The position numbers and the translations under genes were made by a program. A DNA stretch of 64,000 bases. Origin: Azolla caroliniana (taxonomy: Eukaryota > Plantae > Polypodiophyta). Below, one piece after another: positions 1 through 12,029 of this stretch. The stretch is taken from the NCBI GenBank assembly GCA_043228905.1, contig JBHGNT010000001.1, forward strand, positions 25,048,001 to 25,112,000, written 5' to 3'. A model generated the notes under the pieces. The model saw nothing but the letters and a program-made list of their open reading frames with translations. It did not search any database and had not been told where the DNA came from. Position 1 is the first letter of the stretch; the number at the start of each line of letters is the position of its first letter.

Positions 1-1314
1 TGCACCCTCTTGGCCCGCTTGGCCTTGCATGCCCTCCGGGAAGCCTCTTTTTCTCTCCTCGATGCGTAGTTCTTTGCTCTCCATGCACCATCCTCCGCTC
101 TCATCGTTCATCCGCCGATCCCGGCAACTCACCGCTCCGTCTCTTGCTACGTGCTTGCCTCTCAAAGGCTCGACCGGTCCGCCGTTGCCGGTCACTCATT
201 GCCGCTCTTCCGGGTGCATGCTTGCTTCTTGGCCCTTCGTCGTCCGTAGTGCATGCTCCGTTTTACGTCGTAATGCATGCCTCGTGTTACACGCTTCATC
301 CGCCACAAACCCGACCTCCGTGTCGGTCTCTTTGTTCTTCGTTGCCATAGCCCCTTCCAACTCCGGTTTGCTGTCTTGGCCCTGCTCGTCCGTCTTCCCG
401 CATCGGATATCCACTATGATCCCCGATTCTGCATTTGCCTCCAACTCCTCGCCGCCACCCGTCGTCTCTTTGGTCTTACGTTGATCCGCAACCGCTAAAG
501 TCTCAAGAATAGGTGTGGAGGGTCCCTCTTGCTCTCGGCCTCTCACCGATCTGTACTCGTCGTGCCCGGTTACCCTCCTTCTCGCTCTTACCGGCTCCCA
601 TTGTAACCGTAATCGGCCGGTAAGGAGTCGATCAAACAATTACGGTCTTGCCGGTTTCTTTCGGTTTGGGCCCGGTTGACCGGCCCCCGCTTCACTCTTC
701 TTCCGCTTCATCTTCCGGTCGAGTCGGTCCCCGACTCTCTCCTCTTTGCCACTCCCAACCTCTCCGTCAGTCCTCTTGTATATGCCCATTCCGGGCATCA
801 CATCCTCATCTTCGTACGTGTTCGCTCCGGGCCATGCCCCCTCACAGCCACCGCCCTTCTCTCCGGTCTTTATGTATGCATTTGAGTGCAACCGCCATAG
901 TCTCCAGCCCCTGTGTCGAGGGGTCTTGCCTTCGTCCGCTACAATCTTCGTCGTCGTCTCGGTTGCCCGCCTTCCCGCCGCCACCTTCCGTCTCTCCGAT
1001 CTCACGTGGGCTCTCGGGGCCGATCGCCGAAGTCTCTAGGACCGGTGTGGGTAAGGACCCGGCACCGCCGCTCGTTGTCCACAGCTACCCCGCCTCCGAT
1101 CACGCAAGCCTCGATTACGCTTGCCGCCGTCTCTTCCATGTCGTTGTCTTGGTTGCCCACCTTGCCGCCGCCACCACCCGTCGCTCTAGGTCTCACGCCG
1201 GCACTCGGGCCGACCGCCGGAGCCTCTAGGGCGGTGTGTGTAAGGTCATGGCACCGCCGCTTGTCCCCTCCCCACTCGATGTTTCGGGCCGCCATGTCCC
1301 GAATACGTAGTTAC

Positions 1315-1763
1315 TGTCATGATATGGCAAGACTCGAACCCATGACCTTAGGTTATATGGGTCGAGCTCTTGACCATTATATCATCTATTGTAATACTTA
1401 GGATATTATTTTCATTTACATTTTGTTATAGGAATCAATGTATATTCCAGATTTTTCTGGAACATTCTAGAAGCTTCAGGATTACTCCTGAGAACACTAT
1501 AAAAGAGGGCACTAGGCATTATGTTGAACCAAATTGGTTCAATGCCAGTCTTTAGCCTCATAGCCCTTTTGTACTTACTCTTCTTATAATATATAATCTG
1601 TTATCATCATCTCTCGTCCTCGCTATCTCTCCTTTGTTTTCTTCCTCTCTCGGGAGTCTTACGCAGTCCCGTCCCCTTAGTCCTAATAGTACTTCCCTTC
1701 TCTAGTACTAATTCTCTCTCTGTTTAGTACTAATCCTATCTCTGTTTAGTACTATTCCTGACA
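1315..1763 (+). repeat. 5' LTR of element D
   Basis: Direct repeat of 6396-6844; TATAAAA at 1498-1504. Confidence 0.97.
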
Positions 1764-1834
1764 GTTTGAACCAATTTTCCCCTCTGTCTCTCTCCCTTCA
1801 TACTAATCTCTTATTTCTCTTTTCTTTTCATCCC

Positions 1835-2815
1835 ATGACCACAGTTAGCGCTCAGGAATATCAATCTATTTTCTCGGAGTTTAAATGCCTAAAAGAGAAG
1901 TTCCTTGCTTTGGAACAAGAAAATCAACAGTTGCTGGGGGATCTTCAACAAATCTCCTTAGAAAAGCAGCAAACGCAACAACAACATGGGGAACTTGCAT
2001 TACGTGTGCAACAACTCGAAGCAACCATCGTAGCGATGCAACAACAAGGCCCCGGAACACAAGGGATTCATAAGGAACCCAAGATTGGCCTTCCCACGAA
2101 GTTCGATGGAACACGATCGTAGTTTAGAGGGTTCCTTAATCAGGTACGATTAGTTATTCAAATGCATCCTTCCCGATATCCTACCAATGCATCACGAGTG
2201 GGTTTAGTAGGGACGTTGTTAAGTGGCTCAGCGTTGGTATGGTTCGCTCCACTGTTGGAAAAGGAGTCTCCATTACTCAACAACTTTGAAGAGTTTATAG
2301 GTGAGTTTAAAGCATGCTTTGGGGATACTGACAGCATAAGGACCGCAATCAACAAAATCCGGCGATTACGCCAAGGAGACCGTCCAGCCTCTGCATATGC
2401 TGCAGATTTCCGTCTACTTGCCGTTGACATCCCTTGGGATGATCAAGCGCTGATGGAGCAATTTCGTTATGGTTTACACAACGATGTCAAGAATTTACTC
2501 TTGACTTTCCCTGAAGAGCCAAAGTCCTTAACAGAAGCAATCAGTCGCGCGGTAAGATGTGATAACCGCCTCTTTGAGTGACGTTCGGAACGACAGCTAC
2601 AGATGCCGAGGGCAAGATCAGAGCCCACCTACGCCTCAATGGTAGCAAAACCTTTACCCAGGGAGTACTATAATGCGCCTCCAGTGAATACTCCGACTCC
2701 GATGGAGATTGACACTACAGTAGGGATATGTGATAGTACTAATAGTACTAATAGCCTAGATCTAGCGAACAAATTTGATGTCCTTAGTCAGTTAGAAGAA
2801 GAGTTAAACGACTAA
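1835..2815 (+). pseudogene. gag: gag (Retrotrans_gag, PEG10/sushi-like) with in-frame stops at 2120 and 2579
   Basis: Coiled coil, PxKFDGxR, LRQGxRPASxYAADF, PMEID motifs. Confidence 0.9.
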
Positions 2816-5800
2816 GTCCAGCCAAAATAGGAGCCGTTTGGTTGGACAGCCCTAGATCTGTGCAGCCCATTAGTGGTTCCATTCCCTCTAAGCATGTTAG
2901 CAATGTGTTCGTAGCCCAAGTAACAGTTAGTACTAAAAGTACCCCTCTAGTACACGTCTTAGCACTTCTAGACTCCGGAGCTAATTCTTCCTTTATGGAT
3001 AGGAATTTTGCCCAAGCTCATCAAATATCTCTTAGAAAACTTCCGTGTCCAGCCTCTGTAGTCGTCATTGATGGTCGTCCCATTGCTTCCGGAAATATCA
3101 TAGAAGAGTCAGAACCCGTTAATATTGTCCTAGATAACTTAGCATGTGTAGTATCATTTAACATTATTAGTATCCCAGAACATCCCATCGTTTTGGGATT
3201 ACCATGGTTCGAGTTACATAACCCAGACATAGATTGGAGAACAAGAGAAATCCAGTGTCGACAAACCCGAGGATCTACTCAGAAGATTGCCACCATTTCA
3301 CTACATTAGTTGCGGGAAGAAGGACGCAAGGAAGAAATGTTTCTCTTCGCAATATCACTAAAACCCTCCAACACCATTAAAGAGGAGTCCACCGTTCAGC
3401 TTCCAAAGAAGTCTCATCATTATGCCGATGTATTCGATAAAGTACGAGCCAATACACTTCCTCACCATCGACCATATGATTGCCCCATCGATTTACAACC
3501 AGGGAAAGAGCCACCATGGGGACCGATCTACAATTTGTCACCAACCGAGCTAGAAGTCCTTCGAGCCTATATAGAGGAGAACTTGGAGAATGGATTCATT
3601 CGACAATCGAAATCTCTAGCCGGCGCACCCATTTTCTTCGTCAAGAAAAAGGATGGCTCACTTCGTCTGGTGGTAGACTACCGTGGCTTGAATAAAGTTA
3701 CAATCTGCAATAGGTATGCACTTCCCCTTATCTCAAGTCTTTTAGAACGGATCAATGGTGCCGGGTTCTTCACAAAGATCGACTTACGGGGGGCCTATAA
3801 CCTCGTACGGATCCGACCAGGAGATGAATGGAAGACCGCATTCCGCACTAGATATGGGCACTTCGAGTATACGGTCATGCCGTTCGGCCTCACTAATGCA
3901 CCAGCTGTCTTCCAGCACATGGCAAATGATATATTCCAAGATCTCTTGGATGTGTGTTTGATCATCTACTTGGATGATCTACTGGTTTATTCAAAGACCG
4001 AAGAAGAGCATGATTCTCATGTACTGTTAGTACTTACTAAAACGACTTCGAGAACATGGTCTTTACGCAAAGCTAGAAAAATGTAGTTTTGGGTGCAACC
4101 AGGTGGAATTTCTCGGCTACGTCATTTCCTCAGAAGGCATCTCCATGGACCCAGCTAAGGTCAAGACGGTGGTAGAATGGCAGGCTCCGCGCTCGGTGCG
4201 GGATGTGCAATGCTTTTTAGGGTTTGCCAATTTTTACCGGAAGTTTATACAAGATTACTCAAAGCTCGTTCTGCCTCTCACACAGCTTACCAGGAAGGGA
4301 CAATCGTTCGTTTGGTCTGAAGAAGCAGATATGGCTTTCGAGAGTCTTAAAAAGGCATTTACATCGGCTCCAATTCTAGCTCATGTTGATCCGGAACTAC
4401 CATTCATTATCGAAGCTGACGCATCGGATTTCGCATTGGGGAGCATTCTGTCACAACAGGGGAATGATGAGAAGCTACATCCTGTGGCTTTTCACTCACG
4501 CAAGTTTGACGCCGCCGAAATCAATTACGAAATTCATGATAAGGATCTATTGGCAATAGTGGACTCGTTTATGCAATGGAGGCATTTTTTAGAGGGGTCC
4601 TCTCATCAAGTCACCGTATTCAGTGATCATAAAAACCTTGCCTACTTTCAGGATGCTCGAGTGTTAAATCGACGTCAAGCTCGGTGGGCCCACTTCCTCA
4701 CGCGTTTCGACTTCAAAATTACATATCGTCCGGGGAAGCACCAAGGGAAGGCAGATGCATTATCACGGCATTCGTATCTTACACCGCGTCCCGGCGAGCC
4801 GGCTTTTGATAACCAAAAGCAAGTAATCTTGGGACCGGCACGACTGCAAGCAACACAGGTTTTTGGCATGCCCATGGATTCCCACGTTATCAATATCATA
4901 CGTGCGGACCTGAAGACAGATGCTTTCGCCCAAGCTATACTAGCACAGATTGATCCCTCTCGAGCGTCGTGTTCACAGTCACAACCACCAGGTACGGACT
5001 ATCGGCAATTCAAATACCATGATGGATTACTCTTCTTGAAAGAACTTTTGTATGTTCCTAATGGTTCTTGCCGCCTTCGAGTAGTACAAAACTGTCATGA
5101 CACATATACAGCTGGGCATTTTGGTAGTACTAAAACATTAGATTTAGTACAACGATCATTCTGGTGGCCCCATATGCGACAATTTGTCGAAGATTTTGTT
5201 CGGACTTGTGATGCATGCTGCAGAGCGAAAATGCCGAGGCATCATCCCTATGGTTTATTAGAACCATTACCAATTCCAAGCAAGCCATGGCAATCCATTG
5301 CTCTCGACTTCATCACAGATCTTCCAGTCTCTAAGGGGTTGAATGCGATTCTAACAGTGGTAGATCGATATACGAAGATGGCTCATTTCTTGCCATGTAC
5401 TAAGGAAATCTCAAGTGAAGACACCGCCGAAATTGTCATGCGTGAAGTATGTCGACATCATGGACTCCCCGATAGTATCGTCAACGATCGTGGACCCCAG
5501 TTCGTGTCAAAATTCTGGAAGCACCTTTTTAAAATGCTCAAGGTCACTTGTAACCTCTCCTCCGGCTACCACCCACAAACCGACGGCCAAGCTGAACAAA
5601 CAAATCAAACGCTGGAGCAGTATTTGCGGTGCTTTCTCAGCTATCATCAGGATAACTGGGTAGATATTCTCCACTTTGCCGAATTTGCCTATAATAACTC
5701 TATCCACGCATCGACTAAAGTTTCGCCATTTTATGCTTATACAGGATGTCACCCTCGGTGGAGTGTACTTGAAACCCCAGAGGTGTCCATAAATCCTTGC

Positions 5801-6403
5801 GCGGAGGATCGTTTGGAGCAGTTACGCAAGATACAAGCAGATTTATGTACTCATCTCCAGCAAGCTCAACAAACACACAAGGTCTCTTCGGATCGTCATC
5901 GACTTCCATCTAGTTTTAACATTGGAGATCGGGTGTGGCTGCTACGACGACACATCAAGACTACTCGCCCATGTGAGAAGTTGGATTATCGGCGATTAGG
6001 TCCTTTCCATATTATCGGGAAGATTAATGATGTCGCTTTTCGTCTCGATCTACCTCCTCAACTTCGGATACATCCGGTGTTTCATAGTTCTCTCCTTGAA
6101 CCCTATCACGAGAGCACCATCCCAGGGCGTATTATACAACCTCCACCCCCGATCGAGCTTGAAGATGGACCGGAGTACGAGGTTGCCGCCATCCTTGATT
6201 CCAAGATTGTTCGCAACAAGCTCTACTATCTAGTCGATTGGCTAGGCTATAGTCCCAGCGAATGTACTTGGGAACCGATCGAGAATGTGACCAATGCTCG
6301 TGCGCTTCTTGAAGACTTCCATCGGCAATATCCACACAAACCGGGTCCTCCATCCAAAACGACTCGTGACACTCGTCGTTTTAAAGGGGGGATAGTGTCA
6401 TGA
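2803..6403 (+). pseudogene. pol: pol (protease LLDSGA, RT YLDD, RNase H DASD, integrase HHCC/DDE/GPF, chromodomain YLVDWLGY); stop at 3307, frameshift ~4030-4040
   Basis: ORFs 2842-3309, 3310-4086, 4103-6403. Confidence 0.95.
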
Positions 6404-6844
6404 TATGGCAAGACTCGAACCCATGACCTTAGGTTATATGGGTCGAGCTCTTGACCATTATATCATCTATTGTAATACTTAGGATATTATTTTCATTTAC
6501 ATTTTGTTATAGGAATCAATGTATATTCCAGATTTTTCTGGAACATTCTAGAAGCTTCAGGATTACTCTTGAGAACACTATAAAAGAGGGCACTAGGCAT
6601 TATGTTGAACCAAATTGGTTCAACGCCAGTCTTTAGCCTCATAGACCTTTTGTACTTACTCTTCTTATAATATATAATCTGTTATCATCATCTCTCGTCC
6701 TAGCTATCTCTCCTTTGTTCTCTTCCTCTCTCGGGAGTCTTACACAGTCCCGTCCCCTTAGTTCTAATAGTACTTCCCTTCTCTAGTACTAATTCTCTCT
6801 CTGTTTAGTGCTAATCCTATCTCTGTTTAGTACTATTCCTGACA
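6396..6844 (+). repeat. 3' LTR of element D
   Basis: Direct repeat of 1315-1763, preceded by PPT. Confidence 0.97.
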
Positions 6845-6930
6845 GTTACCGGCCTCCATGGCCGTCCCTTCACCGCAAGGCAAGAGGGTGGCTTGCTCCG
6901 CACCCTCTCCCATGTCGCCGTCGTACGCTC

Positions 6931-7584
6931 TCACGGCCTCCGTATAGGCCCCATCTTTCGTGTGTAAGGAGGCGTCTTTTCCTCCACGTCCTCCGATCCT
7001 CTCGGGCCCGTCTCCATAGTAGACCCTTCTTCGGCTTCGATTTGTGCCTTCACAATCTCGTACGCTTCCCGTACCAAGGCTTCGAGGTCGAGCTTCACTG
7101 AACCGTTCCGCGGGGAGCTTTCCTCCGTCGGCGGTGACGCATAGTCACTCACCATCCTCCTTTCACCGCCGCTTACGGGCCATGTTGCGGACGACCGCAT
7201 CTCCTCGTGTTGTCGGCATATCCTCTCTACCTCATTCCAATCCTCGGTGAGGCCGTATGCCCCTTCATCATCTTTGAGTTCGGGTAAAATGGTCATTCTC
7301 CCCTTTTCATCGACTGACTTTAAAAATAGTAGGACCTTGTCTGCCCCCACCGATCTTCGGTCCCGGTCCGAGAGTTGAGCAAAACGATGCTCGAACTCTC
7401 GGAATGCTTTCATTGCGCTCGCAGGAGCCTTCGCCGATGCTACCCATAGACCGAACTCGCGTTGATCATACTCACATGCCTCGTCCCGTCTTTCTCTTTG
7501 CCTTGCAAAATCCCTCACCATCCTCACCATTGCTTCCATGATGTCTTCCTCTTCCATCCTCTTTCTCCCTTGCCGCCTATTCAC
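6931..7584 (-). CDS. gag-like ORF of element C
   Basis: Immediately downstream of the PBS; similar to element E gag 9828-10739. Confidence 0.65.
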   Translation of the reverse strand: MNRRQGRKRMEEEDIMEAMVRMVRDFARQRERRDEACEYDQREFGLWVASAKAPASAMKAFREFEHRFAQLSDRDRRSVGADKVLLFLKSVDEKGRMTILPELKDDEGAYGLTEDWNEVERICRQHEEMRSSATWPVSGGERRMVSDYASPPTEESSPRNGSVKLDLEALVREAYEIVKAQIEAEEGSTMETGPRGSEDVEEKTPPYTRKMGPIRRP

Positions 7585-9827
7585 GTCAGGTTCACCAAAG
7601 ATGTCGCGTTGTTACGCGCGTGCGCGTAGAAGGGGCGGGACCACGGGGGTCTCGGACTAGGGAGTAGAGGAGAAAGAATAAGACATGATATGGAGGCTTA
7701 GCTCAAGAGGAGAAGAGGAAAGAATAAGACCATGACATAGAAGGAGAGATCGGCGGAGACAAGAAACTCAACCAGTTATGTTAAAATGAACAAATGATCA
7801 CCACAATGGTGGCCGCATGGACCGCACCAAAACTATGAGAAAACCCTAACCGAAACCCTAACCCTAAAGCGGTAAGAACTCTAGACTAAGTGGTATACCT
7901 CTCATACGCAAAATAGGCAACCCCTTCATAAGTGACCCCTCCCTTCCTTTTATAGCCCAAGGAGGGAGGGACCTTACAATGTGGGATAAAATTTCCCATC
8001 TTATTTCTATACACCATTCCCTAGTATACGTGTGCACATGTTGCACACCACCGACTTGCCCATTCCACCCCGGTTTCACACTATAGCCGGAAATCTTCAC
8101 GACAACATAAAGAAAAAGGGAAGAAGAAAATGTTGGAATACGATTTCGGCAGTTCCGAGTCAAACCGAAGCCAGCCCGATTTCGGACCAATCAAAAAGGA
8201 ATCTCCACGGAAGAGGTCGAAATTGACCGAAAAGACCGTGCAATCGGGTAATCACGAATTACACTGATCTACCCGCCTGAAGAACCTTGTAAAGAGGTAC
8301 AGGTACAATGAATACATGGTGCACCATTACGCATACATGACACAAGTGGCGGAAATGCGTGAGCCGGAGAGCTACGCAGAAGCGGCGAAAGACGCAAATT
8401 GGCGTGCCGCGATGGAGGAAGAGATGTGCGCATTAACAGAGAATGAGACTTGGGACATGGTTGACGCACCAAAGGGTGTAAAGCCGATCGGATGTAGATG
8501 GGTGTTTAAAGTGAAATACAACACTAACGGCTCGGTCAACCGATATAAGGCCCATTTGGTTGCAAAAGACTACACACAAAAGCACGAAGTAGATTACGAT
8601 CAAACCTTCGCCCCAGTCGCGAAGATGACGTGTGAGTTCTGTTAGCTGTAGCGGCGACGAAGGGGTGGCATCTACATCAGATGGATGTAAAGAATGCATT
8701 GTCGTGAAGATTTTCGGCAATAGTGTGGAAATCCCATAAAACGTACGAAATCGAGTATGAATCACATAATACAATAATTGTGAAGATAACATTTTTAATA
8801 TCTAAGTACAAAATGATGGAGGTTTCGAATGCACTTTATTACACGAGAAATGGACAACTAAATGTCAAGATATTAGGGTATAAAGTTTGTGAAAGAAAAG
8901 AGAAAATTGTGAGATATCCCACATAGGCACGATAAATATGGCTCTCATCATATATAAGGTGGAGCAAAAGATATTATCTTTGTGTCTATGTGTGGAGCAT
9001 AGAGAGGTCAAGGTAACTTGAACTAAGAGTGGAGGTGGGCTAGCTACTCGTAAAGGGTTTTGACCAACCAAAACCGGACCGGCGATGGAGACGGTGAACC
9101 GATGGCATCCGGCGACGGCACCGGCATCTGGCGAGGCACCGGTAACCGACGGCATCCGGCGGCAGCACCGGTATCCAGCGAACCGGTGTCCGACGACTAG
9201 ATAAATAAATATATAAATATATATACATATTTACATATACAAGGAGGGCAAGTAAGGATTCGAACCTTGCACCTCCAAGTTAGGAGTCAATTGGCTTACC
9301 ATTAAGCCATGCTATTTAGTTGAAATTATATTTCTATCATTGTACTTTTACATGTAAATTCTCATACATGAGAGCTAAAATGAGTGACATGGTTATCATG
9401 CACCACATGTAATACTTAAGCGCCAAATGGCAAACATGCAATTTATGCATGTCTTGTACCCTCACATGCATCATATGCATGAGAGCATCTATAAAAGAGG
9501 GAAGGGGGAGGAGAAAAAACACGGTTTTTTTTATTATGAAATTAAGAAGAAGAAATTCGTTATCAAATTGATGGTGTAACTTGTTTCTTAAATCCAAAGA
9601 TAAAACTTCAATCAATCTTTCTCAATCATTTAATCTCAACTTCTCTCTTTCCCAATCTATCTTAAGTACTTTCTCGCCAAAGCTTGTATCGACTTTGAAT
9701 CCATTCGGTCCAGAACCCCGGCGGTTCCGCCTCACGATCCGCGCGTACTGACGGATCTTCATGACATAATTAAGTGGTGAACCTGACGTGAACGAGGTGG
9801 CAGGAAGGATCAAGTCGAGATTAAAAC

Positions 9828-12029
9828 TTGGAGATGGCGTCCTCAAGCAACCAAGCGGGAGAGCTCGAAAGGATGATGCTAATCGTCGAGCAAATGATGA
9901 GATCTCGGGACAACGACGCGAGCGTGGAGAAGGCTGTCGATCGTGTCGTAGAGCTCGAGGGCCAATTCGATGGAAGGAATGTTATGAAGTTCCTTGATGC
10001 ATATAGAAGGGAGATGAATCAGAGGGACGTGTCCGAGGCACGTCAAATCGCAAGCTTCAAGAGAGTTGTCGCCAACAACATCCAAAGACGCGTCATCGAG
10101 CTTCAAGAAGGTAAGACAACATGGTCTGAGTCCGAGAAAACGATACTAGCGGAGTTCGTGACTGAAGACTCAACGAGGATGACTCGACATGCCCTGATGA
10201 AGTGGATAAAGAAGAAGAATAAGAAGATGAGCGTCTCGAGGGTGTACGACGAATTCGACCAGATGTTTAGTCGTCTCCCCAATACGGACCAAGTGTTGCT
10301 TGAAGAGGACAAGACTTTGTACTTCTTGAAGGTCGTGGACATAAAGGATAGACGGGAGTTGGGGACTCTTCTCGAAGATGATACCCAAGCAAATGGGCTT
10401 GTAGCGGACTGGATCGCGGTGAAGCGGGCATGCAATAGGCTCGACAAGCGTCGCCAATGGGTTGATGACACCGACTTGACGGGATCGACTACCATGGAGA
10501 AAGCAAGACCGCAGAAAGTAGTTGAGCCGCCAAGACAAAGTAACGTGGAAGAAAAGAAGATTGATGACTACATCATTGAAGAGCTAGCGAAGAAGTTCGA
10601 GAAGGTCACGCTAGCCAACATGAATCGTCGGGGCCCTAAAGGGAAAGAACCCTTTAGATGCGTGTGGTGCGATAGCATGGACCACATGAGAAGGGATTGT
10701 GCGAGCCTTCGAGAGGCGATTCGACAAAATATTGTATAGATAGAGGACAACATGATCTGCTCAAGCGAGACTAGAAGACCCCTACGGGTGAATTTTGGAA
10801 GAGGAGGAATGAAGAAATCTATGGAGGATGCCGATGCGACTCATGTGGATGCGATGCACTATGCTGCGTCGGCCGGAATAAGAGTCGGGAAAGACAAGAC
10901 TGAAGCTACTAGAGCGGGAGCAAAGTTTTGGACTTCCGTTCTCGAATATGAGAAGAAGGGAAAAATCACATCGAACGAGGTAGAGCTTGCGGACCGAAGC
11001 GTGCAAAGCATAACCGGGTGGTCGAATCCGGTGGACGACAACACCATACTCGCAGAGGTGATGTGCGACAACCACGAGGTGTTCGTCGAAGAAAAGAGAA
11101 AGAGAATAGAAGAGCAAGGGCCATCAAAAAGACATGAAACAAGGAACGCAAAAAAGAAGGACGATGCGGAGACGAGTCGACCTTTACAAACGGAGGAACG
11201 AGAATCAAGCCAAAAAGGGGAGCCAAGCATACGAGTTGAAGAAACGGTTCGGCCCGTGAAGGTTGGTGTCGAAGACCCCGCTCGGAGGACAAGGACTATA
11301 CCTACCTATAAGCTAAGGTCAGACATAGAGCAGACGATGGACCTAAAGAAGATTCTCGAAGAACGAGTTCTTGATAGCCACGTAACTTTTTCCTTGAGGG
11401 AATTGCTTGGCATTATGAAGGAGTTCCATGACACGATCGTGGACCTTGTAAAGAGAAAGAGACAACAATCGGACGAGGAAGAAGAGAAGCTGCAAAAAGC
11501 AAAAACGAATGCCATAATGATGGCAAGAGACGAAATCGATGAAGATATGGTGGACAGCCACTACACTCGACCTCATTGGGCACGAGCGACAACGGAGACG
11601 CCGGTGAAGATCGGGGATAAGAAAGAGACCGTCGTAGCCTTGATCGACCACGGCTCGGAGATCAACCTCATGTCAACCGACTTCTACAAAAAGGGAAGAT
11701 GGCCAATCAATACAAACCACGGATGGAAGATTCGTGCGGCAACAAAGTCTACGGAGGATTTGTACGGAGCTTGTCCCAATGTCAAAGTCACGATCGGGGA
11801 TGTGGAGATGGATCAACACTTCTTCGTACAAGAATCGGCGTCGCATCCTGTCATCCTAGGGCAACCTTATATCACATCATCTCGGATGGAGACCAAAGTG
11901 TTCGATAATGGAGCAGCCTTCGCACGAATAAAGAGTCTTGACAACCAAAGATCGGTCCAATTCCTAACGGTGCGAGCCAATCATGAAAGGAATCGGGATA
12001 GTCTCGGAGGCGAATCCTCGGATTTTTAG
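9828..12029 (+). pseudogene. gag: gag-protease of element E (zinc knuckle CVWCDSMDHMRRDC; protease LIDHGSEIN), one in-frame stop at 10737
   Basis: ORFs 9828-10739 and 10752-12029 are in the same frame. Confidence 0.88.

Larger units (their letters stand above)
1315..6844 (+). mobile_element. Full-length Ty3/Gypsy chromovirus D (Tcn1/Tf1-sushi-like), decayed
   Basis: 449-bp LTRs 1315-1763 and 6396-6844 (TG...CA, ~8 mismatches by eye). 5-bp TSD GTTAC (1310-1314 / 6845-6849). PPT AAAGGGGGGATAG 6383-6395. Domain order PR-RT-RH-INT-chromodomain. Confidence 0.97.
1..8104 (-). mobile_element. Gypsy-type LTR element C (tRNA-Trp primed, gag-like ORF only in window); 3' part lies outside window; interrupted by element D
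   Basis: LTR 7602-8104 (TGTCGCG...CACGACA). PBS 7581-7597 (rc TGGTGAACCTGACGTGA), identical to element E. Gag-like ORF 6931-7584 resembles element E gag (FxRLxxxD..LxxDKxLxFLKxVDxKxR). Confidence 0.8.

Noticed and set aside
8723-9615. ORFs duplicated at 15.7-16.5 kb, and similarly 1370/6451
   Set aside because: Chance ORFs inside LTRs, duplicated because the LTRs are
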